A DNA stretch of 64,000 bases from a bacterium ADurb.Bin236. GTDB lineage: Bacteria; UBP15; UBA6099. Below the pieces are notes generated by a model, which saw only the letters and a list, made by a program, of their open reading frames with translations, ran no database searches and was not told where the DNA came from. The stretch is taken from NCBI GenBank assembly GCA_002069885.1, contig MWCD01000004.1, forward strand, positions 11,037-75,036, read 5' to 3'. This document shows, piece after piece, positions 27,060 through 38,648 of the stretch (position 1 is the stretch's first letter; the number at the start of each line of letters is the position of its first letter). The position numbers and the translations under genes were made by a program.

Positions 27060-27356
27060 ATGAGAATAGAGCCATTAGGAGACCGCGTGGTTCTGAAGCG
27101 CCTCGATGTGACCGAGGAGAAGACAGCAGGAGGGATCGTGCTGCCTGACACGGCAAAAGAGAAACCGCAAGAGGCGGAAGTGGTGGCAGTCGGACCGGGA
27201 AAGCGGGATGAGGACGGGAAGAGAATAGCCCTCGACCTGAAAGTCGGAGACGTCGTCATCATGCAAAAATGGGGCGGCACCGAATTCAAGCTTGACGGCA
27301 AGGAATACATCATCGTCAGCGAAGACGACGTTCTGGCAAAAGTAAAGAAAAAATAA
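27060..27356 (+). CDS. groES: Co-chaperonin GroES (the real start is the Met at 27060, after the GGAGG RBS)
   Basis: [14 protein letters not shown]...[24 protein letters not shown]. Confidence 0.95.
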   Translation: MRIEPLGDRVVLKRLDVTEEKTAGGIVLPDTAKEKPQEAEVVAVGPGKRDEDGKRIALDLKVGDVVIMQKWGGTEFKLDGKEYIIVSEDDVLAKVKKK

Positions 27357-27376
27357 CCGCTAGCAAAGGAGCGTGA

Positions 27377-29008
<1,632 letters not shown>

Positions 29009-29036
29009 TCCGTTCCGGCAGTAAATAGTTCTCACG

Positions 29037-29071
29037 AAGAGCCTCTCCTTGCGGGGAGGCTCTTTTTTTTT
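29037..29071 (+). terminator. Rho-independent terminator after groEL
   Basis: AAGAGCCTCTCC-TTGCG-GGGAGGCTCTT followed by T9. Confidence 0.7.
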
Positions 29072-29205
29072 GCGGGGATGCGGCGCTTTAGCTCGGCCGC
29101 CTTCGGCAACGGGGCGGGAACGCTTGAATTATCCTGTTGATTTATAGGGCATCCGTTGTCATATAATACCCATGTGCAGAAATTTATTAAAATTGAGAAG
29201 AATGG

Positions 29206-31128
29206 ATGATGAGCGAGGAAAGCAAAAAAAGAATTTCATTCGGCAAGATTGAGTTGGCGATTATGGCCGTTTTTTTCGCGCTGCTCGCGTTTTTTTATCC
29301 GCGCAATTTTTTGTTCTTCCATTCGATGTCCGAAATTTTTTCTATCGTAGTAGCGTTCATGATTTTCGTGGTCGGCTGGAACTCAAAAAAGTTTCACTCG
29401 AACGGATATTTTCTCTTCATAGGTATGGCGTTTTTATTTGTGGGCGTCGTCGATTTTCTGCACACCGTTTCATACAAGGGAATGAATGTGTTTGCGGGGA
29501 CAAGTTCCGACCTTGCGACGCAGTTGTGGATAACAGCAAGATATGTTTATGCGGTCTCGATGCTCGCCGCGCCGTTGTTTCTGACAAAAAGGTTCAGGCT
29601 GGAGATCGCCCTGCCCTTGTACGCGGGAATAACAGGAATTGTTCTTCTTTCTATCTTCAGTTGGAAAGTTTTCCCCGTCTGCTTCGTTGACGGAGCCGGA
29701 TTAACCACTTTCAAAATCTCGAGCGAGTATGCGATATGCGCGGTTCTCGCGGCGGCGATACTGTTTCTTAAAACGAAGAAAGAATATCTTGAGCCGGGAG
29801 TGTTCAGGCTGCTTGCGGCGTCTATGGCAGTGTCCATCGCTTCTGAGTTGGCATTCACGCTGTACATAGACGTTTATGGAGCTTTGAACGCTGCGGGGCA
29901 TATGCTGAAGATTCTTTCTTTCTATATTTTTTATAAAGCTGTCGTGGTAGTAGGTTTGCAGCGGCCGCGCGAACTGCTATTCAGGAATCTGAGCGAGAGC
30001 GAAAAGAGGTTGAGGAAAAGCGAAAAGAAATACCGCGATCTGGTGGAAGGTATAAACGAGGGAGTATGGGCGATAGACGAGAACGCGAACACGGTTTTCG
30101 TGAATCGAGCGATGGCTGAAATGCTGGGATACGGGCCGGAGGAAATGCAGGGAAGACATTTGTTTTCGTTCATTGACGAAAGGGATATAGATGAGGCGAA
30201 GTTCAGCCTTGAGAGGAGAAAATCTGGAATCAGCGAAAAACACGAGTTCGAGTTTATCCGCAAAGACGGAGTTATGATTAGCGCGCATCTGACAACTGCG
30301 GCGGTAGTAGACGAGGCGGGCAATTTCAAAGGGGCTGTGGCCGCGGTGATGGACATCTCGGAGAAAAAACGCATCGAGCGCGATTTGTTGCAAGCGAAGG
30401 AAATCGCGGAAACCGCCAGCAAGTCGAAAAGCGAATTTCTAGCGAACATGAGCCACGAGCTTCGCACTCCTCTGAACGCGATTATCGGTTTTTCCGAGTT
30501 CATGTTGAAGGCTGACTCGGAAGGCTTGAGCAAGAATCATATAGAATACTTGGAGAGGATATATTCCGCAGGGCAACACCTTCTGTCGCTGATAAACGAC
30601 ATACTTGATTTGTCGCGCATCGAGGCGGGGAAGATGGAGTTGTTCTCGGAAAGCATAGACCTTCCGGGAACGCTAGGATATTGCATGACGATGTTCAGAG
30701 AGAAGGCGGGCAATCATAGGATAAAGATGAGCCTCGCGGCGGAGGAGGCTCCTGAAATCATCCGCGCCGACCTGCGGAAGTTCAAGCAGATCGTCATCAA
30801 CCTGCTGTCTAACGCGTTGAAGTTCACGCCTGACGGCGGCGAGGTTCAGGTGTCTGCCTCTTTGAACGGCGGCGAGGTTCTAATCTCAGTGAGAGACAGC
30901 GGAATCGGTTTCAAGCCGGAAGACATGGAAAGGATATTCACTCCTTTCGAGAGGGCCGGAGAGGACGCAAACAAGAATATTGAAGGAACCGGACTGGGGT
31001 TGTCGATGGTGAAGAGGCTAGTGGAGTTGCACGGCGGCCGAGTGTGGGCGGAGAGCGCTCCCGGAGAGGGCAGCGTTTTCCATTTCACTTTGCCCGCTGA
31101 ACAGGAAAACCCGGCAAGCGAATCATGA
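29206..31128 (+). CDS. Membrane sensor histidine kinase (multi-TM sensor domain, PAS, HisKA, HATPase_c)
   Basis: About 8 N-terminal TM helices. A PAS domain is at ...VWAIDENANTVFVNRAMAEMLGY..., the H-box is MSHELRTPLNAI, and the N/G boxes are present. Confidence 0.85.
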   Translation: MMSEESKKRISFGKIELAIMAVFFALLAFFYPRNFLFFHSMSEIFSIVVAFMIFVVGWNSKKFHSNGYFLFIGMAFLFVGVVDFLHTVSYKGMNVFAGTSSDLATQLWITARYVYAVSMLAAPLFLTKRFRLEIALPLYAGITGIVLLSIFSWKVFPVCFVDGAGLTTFKISSEYAICAVLAAAILFLKTKKEYLEPGVFRLLAASMAVSIASELAFTLYIDVYGALNAAGHMLKILSFYIFYKAVVVVGLQRPRELLFRNLSESEKRLRKSEKKYRDLVEGINEGVWAIDENANTVFVNRAMAEMLGYGPEEMQGRHLFSFIDERDIDEAKFSLERRKSGISEKHEFEFIRKDGVMISAHLTTAAVVDEAGNFKGAVAAVMDISEKKRIERDLLQAKEIAETASKSKSEFLANMSHELRTPLNAIIGFSEFMLKADSEGLSKNHIEYLERIYSAGQHLLSLINDILDLSRIEAGKMELFSESIDLPGTLGYCMTMFREKAGNHRIKMSLAAEEAPEIIRADLRKFKQIVINLLSNALKFTPDGGEVQVSASLNGGEVLISVRDSGIGFKPEDMERIFTPFERAGEDANKNIEGTGLGLSMVKRLVELHGGRVWAESAPGEGSVFHFTLPAEQENPASES

Positions 31129-31493
31129 AGAAGAAAAAAGCGTTAATAGTGGACGACAACGAGGCGAACCTGATTCTCGCGCGCGACATATTGAGGGTTG
31201 TCGGCTTTGACACTCTCGAAGAGAAGGACGCGGAAGCTGGCATTGAAACGGCGGCAAGAGAGATGCCGGATTTCATCCTTATGGATATCAGGCTTCCGGG
31301 GATGAGCGGATTGGAAGCGACAGCGGTATTAAAATCAAAACCTGAAACAGCAGCAATCCCCGTTGTCGCAATATCGGCGTCTGTTTTCGGGGAGGACCGT
31401 CAGAAGGCTATCTCGGCTGGTTGCGATGGATTTTTAGAGAAACCTTTCAAGTTCGACGAATTCAAGGCTGTCGCAAGAAAATATCTTGATTGA
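31125..31493 (+). CDS. Single-domain (CheY-like) response regulator receiver
   Basis: KALIVDDNEAN...DFILMDIRLPGMSGLE...K. There is a 4-bp ATGA overlap with the kinase gene. Confidence 0.85.
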   Translation: MKKKKALIVDDNEANLILARDILRVVGFDTLEEKDAEAGIETAAREMPDFILMDIRLPGMSGLEATAVLKSKPETAAIPVVAISASVFGEDRQKAISAGCDGFLEKPFKFDEFKAVARKYLD

Positions 31494-31597
31494 GCGAGCG
31501 TGCCAGCGGAGCTAGCGTCTGTTTCCGTTTAAGGGCGTGTCTGTCGGCGTCAAATGTTATATAATGGACGCGTTCGGCAAAAGATATTGGCGGATAT

Positions 31598-32947
31598 TTG
31601 AACAAGATGGATAAGGTTTTAATCATAGACGACGACCCTTCAGCTTTGAGGCTGATAGAGGTGTATCTCAAGAAGTGGGGATACCGCGTCTCTGAAATAT
31701 CAGACGGAAACGAAGCGACGCCGGAAGCCGTGGCCGCGATTGATCCCGACGTGATACTTCTGGACATGATGCTACCGGGCAAATCCGGCGAAGAGATACT
31801 CGGCGAGTTGCGCCCCGCTCTGCCGGACACTCCGATAATAATGATAACCTCATTCGGCTCCATCGAGACGGCGGTGAGGACGATGAAAGTGGGCGCGTAT
31901 GATTTCATGACGAAGCCCATCGACCCGACGCGCCTTGAAATAATGGTTGGGAACGCGGCGAAAGCGTCGAGGATGGCGAGAAAACTGATGGAGTTCGACG
32001 CTGCGCACGCGTCCAGAAGCAGGCACGGCGATATTATCGGCGCAAGCGACGCGATGCAGAAAATATATGAAATGATAGACGCGCTTGCGGACAGCGACGC
32101 TACGGCGCTGATAACGGGAGAGACCGGGACAGGCAAGGAGATGGTGGCGTGCGCGATACATGAGAAGAGCGCGAGAGCGGGAAAGATGTTCGTGCCGGTG
32201 AACTGCGGCGCTCTTCCCGAGGGGATAATTGAGAGCGAATTGTTCGGTCACGTGAGGGGGGCTTTCACAGGGGCAGTGAGAGACAAGAAGGGGCGTTTCG
32301 AGATGGCGAACGGCGGGACGATTTTTCTCGACGAAGTGGGCGATCTGCCGCCTTCTACGCAAGTGAAGCTTCTTAGGGTTCTTCAGGAAGGGAAGTTCGA
32401 GCGAGTGGGCGGGGAAGAAACGGTGAAGTGCGACGCCAGAGTGATAAGCGCCACCAACAGAGACCTAAAAAGCATGATGGCGCAGGGCAAGTTCCGGGAA
32501 GACCTTTTTTACAGGATATGCGTGGCGCCGGTAGAGATGCCGCCATTGCGAGAGCGCCGGACTGACATTCCGAAGCTGGCTGAACATTTCCTTATATTGC
32601 TGTCAGGCAACAGGGCTGCCGTCGCCAAGCTGTCGAAGGCGGCGATGGACGCGCTTTTAGATTATGAATGGCCGGGCAATGTCAGGCAGTTCAGGAACGC
32701 GCTTGAGTTCGCTCTTCTGAAATGCAGGGATGAGAACGTGATAGAACCGAGACACCTTCCTCCTGAAATATGTCAAAGCCGTAGCGCTGGAGAAAAACTC
32801 AAGCCCGGCAGAAAACCTTCGCTGAATGATATTGAGGTGAGAGACGCTCTAAGACGCGCGGGAGGAAACAAAGCAAAAGCCGCCCGGATGTTGCGAGTAG
32901 GCCGCGCCACTCTTTACAGATTCCTTAGAGACAACAACATGGATTGA
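31598..32947 (+). CDS. NtrC-family sigma-54-dependent response regulator (REC, AAA+ sigma-54 activator, Fis-type HTH)
   Basis: ITGETGTGKEMVACAIH...ESELFGHVRGAFTGA...GNVRQFRN... and a C-terminal HTH. Confidence 0.9.
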   Translation: MNKMDKVLIIDDDPSALRLIEVYLKKWGYRVSEISDGNEATPEAVAAIDPDVILLDMMLPGKSGEEILGELRPALPDTPIIMITSFGSIETAVRTMKVGAYDFMTKPIDPTRLEIMVGNAAKASRMARKLMEFDAAHASRSRHGDIIGASDAMQKIYEMIDALADSDATALITGETGTGKEMVACAIHEKSARAGKMFVPVNCGALPEGIIESELFGHVRGAFTGAVRDKKGRFEMANGGTIFLDEVGDLPPSTQVKLLRVLQEGKFERVGGEETVKCDARVISATNRDLKSMMAQGKFREDLFYRICVAPVEMPPLRERRTDIPKLAEHFLILLSGNRAAVAKLSKAAMDALLDYEWPGNVRQFRNALEFALLKCRDENVIEPRHLPPEICQSRSAGEKLKPGRKPSLNDIEVRDALRRAGGNKAKAARMLRVGRATLYRFLRDNNMD

Positions 32948-32983
32948 ACCGGATTCGCCGGATGAGGCAAAGCGCGCGCCGGT

Positions 32984-34531
32984 TTATTTCCAGAGTTTGA
33001 CGATTTTCGAGCCGGGATAGTAATGGGCTAGGATTTTGTCGTAAACGACGCCGTCGCGAGCCATTTTCATCGCGCCGATTTGACAGAGTCCGAGGCCGTG
33101 CCCCCAACCAGCTCCTTTTATGTCGTACCTGCGGGAGTTTCCCTTGCCTTCTGAGTCTATGATGAACATGGTGCTTTTGAGGCTTCCGAGAACCCATCTT
33201 ATGGTGTCTTTATCGAAAATGAAATCGCCTTGGTCGGTCGAAATTTTAAGCTGTTGCGCCCTGCCCGACTTTGAATAAGAGAGGACGGAAACGCTTCGGA
33301 GTTCATTTATCTTCAATTCCGGGTTGTTCGTGAATTCAGGGATCGTCAATTTGAGAAGGCTGAGCAACTGCTCGTGAGTATAGGACTTGTCCCAACGGAA
33401 ATATTTGGAACTGTGACAATTAGCTGAATTTAGTTCAAGGAATTTCTTAACTTTGTCGCGAGAGCTTAAATCTTTATCCTTCATGCTCGTCCCGTCGTCG
33501 ACCGAGATCAGATAAGGCAGGTCGTCGCCGTGCCAGACATCGGTGTAGGCGGCTGTTCTGCCGCCGCAGGTGGAATGAAACAATGCGTTCACAATCTGTC
33601 CGGCGTTCGACAGGGCCATGCCTCGCGTCTGTCTGACGGCGTCGATGGCGGTGGGAGCCTCGTCGCCGATTCCGCCGTATACTTGGCAGTCAGTCGTTGA
33701 GCATAGATTAAACCCGTCAATTTTGTGTCTGTGAAGATTTTTCAGAAGGTAAGACCGGGCGATGATCGCCTGCGCTTTAAGGGCTTCGGGGTGAGAGAGC
33801 GCGGGCATCTCGCGTGGCAGAACGCTGAAGAGATAATCCTCGACCTTGACGCGGTTAATAACGGAGAAAGAACCGTAAGCGTCAAGAGCGACTTCTACGT
33901 TGCCTCTATATTCGCGGCCGTTCACAATGAATTTCCCGTCGGACGGATAGAAGAAGACAGGCTCAGAGCCGAGGTGAATCAGGGAGCCGTCGGGCGCGTA
34001 AAGAGTAAGCACCGGGATATCGGAACTTTCAGGCTCTATTCGGGTGTTCATGTATCCCTTAGCCTGAAGCTGTTCGAGTTTCTGTTGCGCGTCAGCAAGA
34101 GTATTATAGGGGCCGTGCCAGATGCTCCACTGTTTGGGTTGGGCGATAACCGCTTCGCCGGGTTTGGCTCCGATGCTTTTCAATGTGAATTCCGCCTGCT
34201 CGAAGCTCCTGAACTGCCCGAGAGAAACCCTGAACCTCGTGGGCATCTGCTTGAGTCTCACGGTGTACAGTTCAACCTGAATCGTCTCGCCAGAGCCGGT
34301 TCTTATCGGTTCGGCGACCCCTGACTTATGAATGCGGTACGAACCTGCGAACTTGAGTCTGGCGCTGGAGGCTTTCTGGATAATGCCTATCCGAACTTCA
34401 GGCTCAGTCTTGAATTCGTCGATTGAAGTCGGAAGCGAAATCGCGCAAATAGATATGACAAAAGCAACGGAAGCGATAGCGCAAACAAGGCGCGCGGAGA
34501 TTCTATTTTTCACAGGTTTTTCTCCCACCAT
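32984..34531 (-). CDS. SpoIID/LytB domain protein (amidase enhancer / lytic transglycosylase-like)
   Basis: ALFHSTCGGRTAAYTDVW is the SpoIID family signature. There is an N-terminal TM/signal sequence. Confidence 0.8.
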   Translation of the reverse strand: MVGEKPVKNRISARLVCAIASVAFVISICAISLPTSIDEFKTEPEVRIGIIQKASSARLKFAGSYRIHKSGVAEPIRTGSGETIQVELYTVRLKQMPTRFRVSLGQFRSFEQAEFTLKSIGAKPGEAVIAQPKQWSIWHGPYNTLADAQQKLEQLQAKGYMNTRIEPESSDIPVLTLYAPDGSLIHLGSEPVFFYPSDGKFIVNGREYRGNVEVALDAYGSFSVINRVKVEDYLFSVLPREMPALSHPEALKAQAIIARSYLLKNLHRHKIDGFNLCSTTDCQVYGGIGDEAPTAIDAVRQTRGMALSNAGQIVNALFHSTCGGRTAAYTDVWHGDDLPYLISVDDGTSMKDKDLSSRDKVKKFLELNSANCHSSKYFRWDKSYTHEQLLSLLKLTIPEFTNNPELKINELRSVSVLSYSKSGRAQQLKISTDQGDFIFDKDTIRWVLGSLKSTMFIIDSEGKGNSRRYDIKGAGWGHGLGLCQIGAMKMARDGVVYDKILAHYYPGSKIVKLWK

Positions 34532-35481
34532 TCCAGAGCAAGCTCAATCATCTCTTTCAACGGAGGGATGTGCCCGGTCGGGTCTCCCGGAACGCCGTCA
34601 ATCCAGACGACTTTCTTCGGCTCTCGCGCCTTTTGATGAAGCAGTTTGTTAGTGGAAGTCGGCACGATGGTGTCATGTTTCGTGTTTATCATCAGAACAG
34701 GGCGAGGAGAGATGGAGCCTATAAAATTGAGCGGTTCAAGATAAGAAAGTTCGGCGGCTATCTCGTCGATATCTCCCATCTGCCCTTTTTCGATTCTGGT
34801 TCTTATAGTTTTCGCCGGCCCGATGCGGCTCTCGGCAAGCAGGGTTTTCCAGTCTCCGCCGCCGACGACCAGAACGGGAGCCTGAATGCGAGGTTCGACG
34901 CCGGAGACGATGCTTCCTAGAATGGCCCCCATGCTGACGCCCAGATAGGTTATCCTTTGCGGGTCCACGCCCTCGCGGGATTGAAGCAGATCGACGGCCC
35001 GCCTCAAGTCGATTACGGTTTGAACCATCGCGGCGGCGTCCGCTTCGATGTCGGGAGAAAACATGTCCTTGCCCGGTTTTCTGCGTTCGCCGTGATACTG
35101 AGCGTCTATAGCGAAAACGGCGTAGCCCGCTTTTGCCATGTCGAAACCGCCCATCGTTTTAGCGTTGTCCTTGCTGCCGCTGTATCCATGCTGGAGAATA
35201 ACGCACGGGAACGGGCGCTTGGCGGCCTTCGGCTCCATGTACAGCGCGGGGACTTTTTCTCCGTTCTCGCTATCGTATATGACTTTGTAAAGATTGTAAT
35301 AAGGATTGCCCTGCAAACCCGCCCATCTTGAGTTGAGCGGCTTTGAACCTTCATATTTGAAACGCGCGGCTAAAGCGGCCTCCGACGCATGAGCGGAAAT
35401 CGACGCGAACAAAACCGCTAAAGCGGTTAATGCCGCGAAACCGCAGATTGACACATGTTTTCTGTTCTTAATCTTTTTCAT
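34510..35481 (-). CDS. Secreted alpha/beta-hydrolase (dienelactone hydrolase / esterase-like)
   Basis: Signal peptide. The nucleophile elbow is GVSMG, followed by ...ILQHGYSGSKD... Confidence 0.7.
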   Translation of the reverse strand: MKKIKNRKHVSICGFAALTALAVLFASISAHASEAALAARFKYEGSKPLNSRWAGLQGNPYYNLYKVIYDSENGEKVPALYMEPKAAKRPFPCVILQHGYSGSKDNAKTMGGFDMAKAGYAVFAIDAQYHGERRKPGKDMFSPDIEADAAAMVQTVIDLRRAVDLLQSREGVDPQRITYLGVSMGAILGSIVSGVEPRIQAPVLVVGGGDWKTLLAESRIGPAKTIRTRIEKGQMGDIDEIAAELSYLEPLNFIGSISPRPVLMINTKHDTIVPTSTNKLLHQKAREPKKVVWIDGVPGDPTGHIPPLKEMIELALEWWEKNL

Positions 35482-35539
35482 GCGCTTATTCTCCTCAGCC
35501 GCATTATCATAACACATCGAGCGTCGCGCGCATTAAATA

Positions 35540-36478
35540 TTATGGTCGCGCTATGAGATATCCCTGCCGCGTCTTGTCCACCTTTGCAAGCACCTCTTCG
35601 GCGATATCGAGGAGGTATGCCAAGCTGTTTCCCCAATTCGAAGGGACGTGGACGGCGGCGACGAGCAACTCGCAAAGATAGTAGTCTCCCGCGCTGTTGC
35701 CGCCTTCCACGGTGAGGTATCCTTTCATCCATTCGAATGAAGAGTAATAGTTGCGAAAGAACCTTTCAGATTTCGTTTTAATAGTGCGGCATACGGACTC
35801 CACTTTTCTCGGTTCAGCGACAATGCAGAATCTAGGGCCGAAAAGCCGTCCTACAAAATCCGTTTCGCTTCCGTATTCTGCCGCAATTTCCGTCAGCAGT
35901 TCGCCAAGCCCTTTTAGCAATTCGTCTCCCAAGTCGTAGCCCTTCTGAAGATTGTAGGGTTTGATTCCGAGGAGTTTCACTTCGATGAAGTACCACTCCT
36001 TGCGTGATTCCATGGAAAGAGATTCGAGACGCCTAGCGAGAGCGGGGCCTGAGATTAAACCGGTGATATGGTCTGTCATCGAAACGCCTTCGGCGGTTAT
36101 CAGCGTCTCGATAATGTTGGCGATTTCATCCGGGTCGGCGTATTCGCAAAGAGATTCGGAAATGCCGCGCGCGCGCATTGAAACTCTCAACTCCGATGTG
36201 GGTTCGTCCGGGCAGAGAGCAATAATCGGATGCCCTAGATCAGGGCCGTCGGCGCGAAGCTGCTCGGCGATTTCGACAGCGGTCGAACTTCCGAAAGGCT
36301 CCCGTATGAGAACCGCTTGATAATTCATGATTTCAATATGAGACATTTCCGAGGATGTTTCTGACACGACGGCAACGTCAAAACCCCTTTTAGCAAGAGC
36401 TTCGAGTATCGGAGCGAGCGCTCCTTCGTCGGAGTGAATCGCCAGCAGCCGCCCATGTGATTCGTTTGATTGAGTCAT
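35540..36478 (-). CDS. Receiver-like domain fused to a degenerate GGDEF-like domain (FGPRF in place of GG[DE]EF)
   Basis: ...DHITGLISGPALARRL...YFIEVKLLGIKPYNLQKGYDLGDELLKGLG...FVGRLFGPRFCIVAE has a GGDEF-like architecture with a mutated active site. Confidence 0.6.
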   Translation of the reverse strand: MTQSNESHGRLLAIHSDEGALAPILEALAKRGFDVAVVSETSSEMSHIEIMNYQAVLIREPFGSSTAVEIAEQLRADGPDLGHPIIALCPDEPTSELRVSMRARGISESLCEYADPDEIANIIETLITAEGVSMTDHITGLISGPALARRLESLSMESRKEWYFIEVKLLGIKPYNLQKGYDLGDELLKGLGELLTEIAAEYGSETDFVGRLFGPRFCIVAEPRKVESVCRTIKTKSERFFRNYYSSFEWMKGYLTVEGGNSAGDYYLCELLVAAVHVPSNWGNSLAYLLDIAEEVLAKVDKTRQGYLIARP

Positions 36479-36965
36479 TTAGCTCCTATTTTGATGAAGT
36501 CTTTCAATCTGCTGAATTTAACTTCGCCGATGCCTTGGACAAGCATGATTTCTTCTGCGGAGCGGAAAGGGCCTCTCCTGTTTCTGAGTTCGACAATTCT
36601 TGCGGCGTACGTGGGGCCTATTCCCGGGAGGCGTTGCAACTCGTCCTCCAAAGCGGCGTTAATGTCGATTTTTTCGCCGGGTTGAAGCTTGTCGTTAACG
36701 GCGGAGCCGACGGAAACGCTGGCGCGGCTTCCGATGATGATTTCGTCTCCGAACCGGCTTCGAGCGTGGCAAGTCCGGGGCGCTTAACCGCGCCTTTAAC
36801 ATGAACCACGATGTGGGGAATAGCCTCGTCCGTCCTCTCGGCTTCCAGCCTGACCTTTGTTGCCTCGCGGCTTGAAAGATATACGCGTAGCAAGGCGGCA
36901 GACACAAGCGCGGCGATGATAGCGCATATCATTGCCTTCTGCTTTGATGTCAGACCGCGAGTCAT
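36477..36965 (-). pseudogene. comEA: comEA (competence protein ComEA, TM + ComEA N-domain + 2xHhH) interrupted by a frameshift near 36750-36765
   Basis: In frame 1 I read MTRGL...IPHIVVHVKGAVKRPGLATLEAGS. In a second frame I read ...RFGDEIIIGSRASVSVGSAVNDKLQPGEKIDINAALEDELQRLPGIGPTYAARIVELRNRRGPFRSAEEIMLVQGIGEVKFSRLKDFIKIGAK*. The stop overlaps the ATG of the downstream gene (ATGA). Confidence 0.6.
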
Positions 36966-37105
36966 TAAGCCCTTCCGAATTCTTTGAATTCAAACTCATA
37001 TAAAGAATATTCGAAACCGGCGCTTATTACAATAACTTCGGCGGCGGCGGAATGCCTTCCCTCGAATGCTTGAACGATGAATGCTTTTAGTGCAAAATCA
37101 CATCT

Positions 37106-38581
37106 ATGAGAGAATACCGATTTCTTGCGATAACGGGAGTTTTAATAACGGCGCTCGCGGCGACCGTTGCGGCGAAAGCGGACGGCTCCGGGTGGATTGA
37201 AATAATGACGCGCGAGACAGTGTTGCACAAAAACGCTGGTTCGGGCTGGTCTGACAACAGGCTTACGCGCGGAGCGCTTGTGGAATGGCTAGGCGTCGAA
37301 AAAGAATCATGGTATCAGGTGAGGATGAGGAACGGAGAGGAAGGGTGGGTTCCGACATGGCTGACGGCGAAAGCAGCCTCTGGAGCGAGAGGGCCGGCGG
37401 CGTTTGCGCCTGACGAAAGGCCGGGCGTCGGCGCGCCTTTCTACGGAAGAGTCGTTGCGGACTTCGTTTCATGCAGGTCTGTTCCTTACGGCGGGCTTAG
37501 CGCCAAGCGAGACGCCACGCGCGGGGGCGATTTGCCGAAAGGCTCAACCGTTAAACTGGTGGACAGAATCGGGCATTGGTTTCAGGCGCAACTCGCTCCG
37601 GCGGAGTTCTGCTGGGTTTACGACGAGGCTCTGTCTCCCGCCGGACGGCCCCCGCGCGCAAACTCCTACTTCGGAGTCCCTGTAGCGAAACTTTCCGCCG
37701 CCGAAAGCGTGTCAGACAAAAAAGGAGCCGGACTCGAATTCACTCTTTCATCTCAGGTTCCGTTTGAGGCCGTCGGCGCGATTATCCCCGAGCTGGTCTC
37801 TTTTAAGCTTATGGGCGTCGATTGCGGCTCATCGGCGAAAAAAGTTTCTTCGGCCTGCGCCGAGGCTGGGGGATGGTGTCACTGCGAACCGGAATCCGCT
37901 TCTATTCAGGGAGCAATTCACGCCCCCGCTTTGCTTGCCGGGTTTTCGGCGGGATGGAACGGGAATGTTTTTCGCTTGAGCATTTCGGATTCGAGAACTC
38001 GGCGCGTAAAGAAAATCGTCATTGACCCCGGACACGGCGCGCCTCAGCCTTTCCCAAAAGGATACGCGGAAGGAACAAGAAACAAGGACGGCCTGCTCGA
38101 AAAGGACGCGGTGATGACGATATCGCGTCAACTGGCGGATCGCCTGTCATCCGAGGGTTTTGAGGTTCTGCTGACCAGAGACGGCGATTCGGAACGGATG
38201 ATGGATTTGTACGAACGGCTGGAATACGCGGAGCGAGCCAAAGCCGACCTGTTCGTTTCTGTTCACGCGAATGGAGATGTGGACGCGTCCCTCGAAGGAG
38301 TCGAGGTTTACTGGTTCGAGCAACATAGCCGTCCGGCGGCGGAGTACATCGCCGTAGAGACGGCGGCGGCGACCGCTCGCCCCGGCGGGGCTGCTTTCTT
38401 CGGCTCTTTCGCTGTCATACGGACGACCGCCTTCCCGGCTGTGCTAGTCGAAACGGGCTACATGACCAACCTTGCGGAGGGAAAGCGATACAACGACCCG
38501 GAATTTCTGAGGCAAAACGCGGACGGCATCGCAAGAGGAATAATAAGATTCGCCGATTCGCTCAGAGCCTCTTCCAATTGA
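37106..38581 (+). CDS. N-acetylmuramoyl-L-alanine amidase (Amidase_3) with N-terminal SH3-like targeting domains
   Basis: The C-terminus ...KIVIDPGHG...DLFVSVHANG...GVEVYW... is Amidase_3, and the N-terminus has a signal peptide. Confidence 0.85.
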   Translation: MREYRFLAITGVLITALAATVAAKADGSGWIEIMTRETVLHKNAGSGWSDNRLTRGALVEWLGVEKESWYQVRMRNGEEGWVPTWLTAKAASGARGPAAFAPDERPGVGAPFYGRVVADFVSCRSVPYGGLSAKRDATRGGDLPKGSTVKLVDRIGHWFQAQLAPAEFCWVYDEALSPAGRPPRANSYFGVPVAKLSAAESVSDKKGAGLEFTLSSQVPFEAVGAIIPELVSFKLMGVDCGSSAKKVSSACAEAGGWCHCEPESASIQGAIHAPALLAGFSAGWNGNVFRLSISDSRTRRVKKIVIDPGHGAPQPFPKGYAEGTRNKDGLLEKDAVMTISRQLADRLSSEGFEVLLTRDGDSERMMDLYERLEYAERAKADLFVSVHANGDVDASLEGVEVYWFEQHSRPAAEYIAVETAAATARPGGAAFFGSFAVIRTTAFPAVLVETGYMTNLAEGKRYNDPEFLRQNADGIARGIIRFADSLRASSN

Positions 38582-38648
38582 TATATCCGCCGCCCGGCGC
38601 TAGCATTGAAGCGAAACTGCCGAACGACGCGAAAAGAGTCGCCGCCAG

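Noticed and set aside
29100-29160. Possible sigma-54 (-24/-12) promoter upstream of the histidine kinase (cttcGGCAACggggcgggaacgcTTGAat)
   Set aside because: The spacing and the GG/GC elements do not fit TGGCAC-N5-TTGC, so I do not call it.
33725-34324. 199-aa plus-strand ORF
   Set aside because: It is antisense to the well-supported SpoIID/LytB gene.
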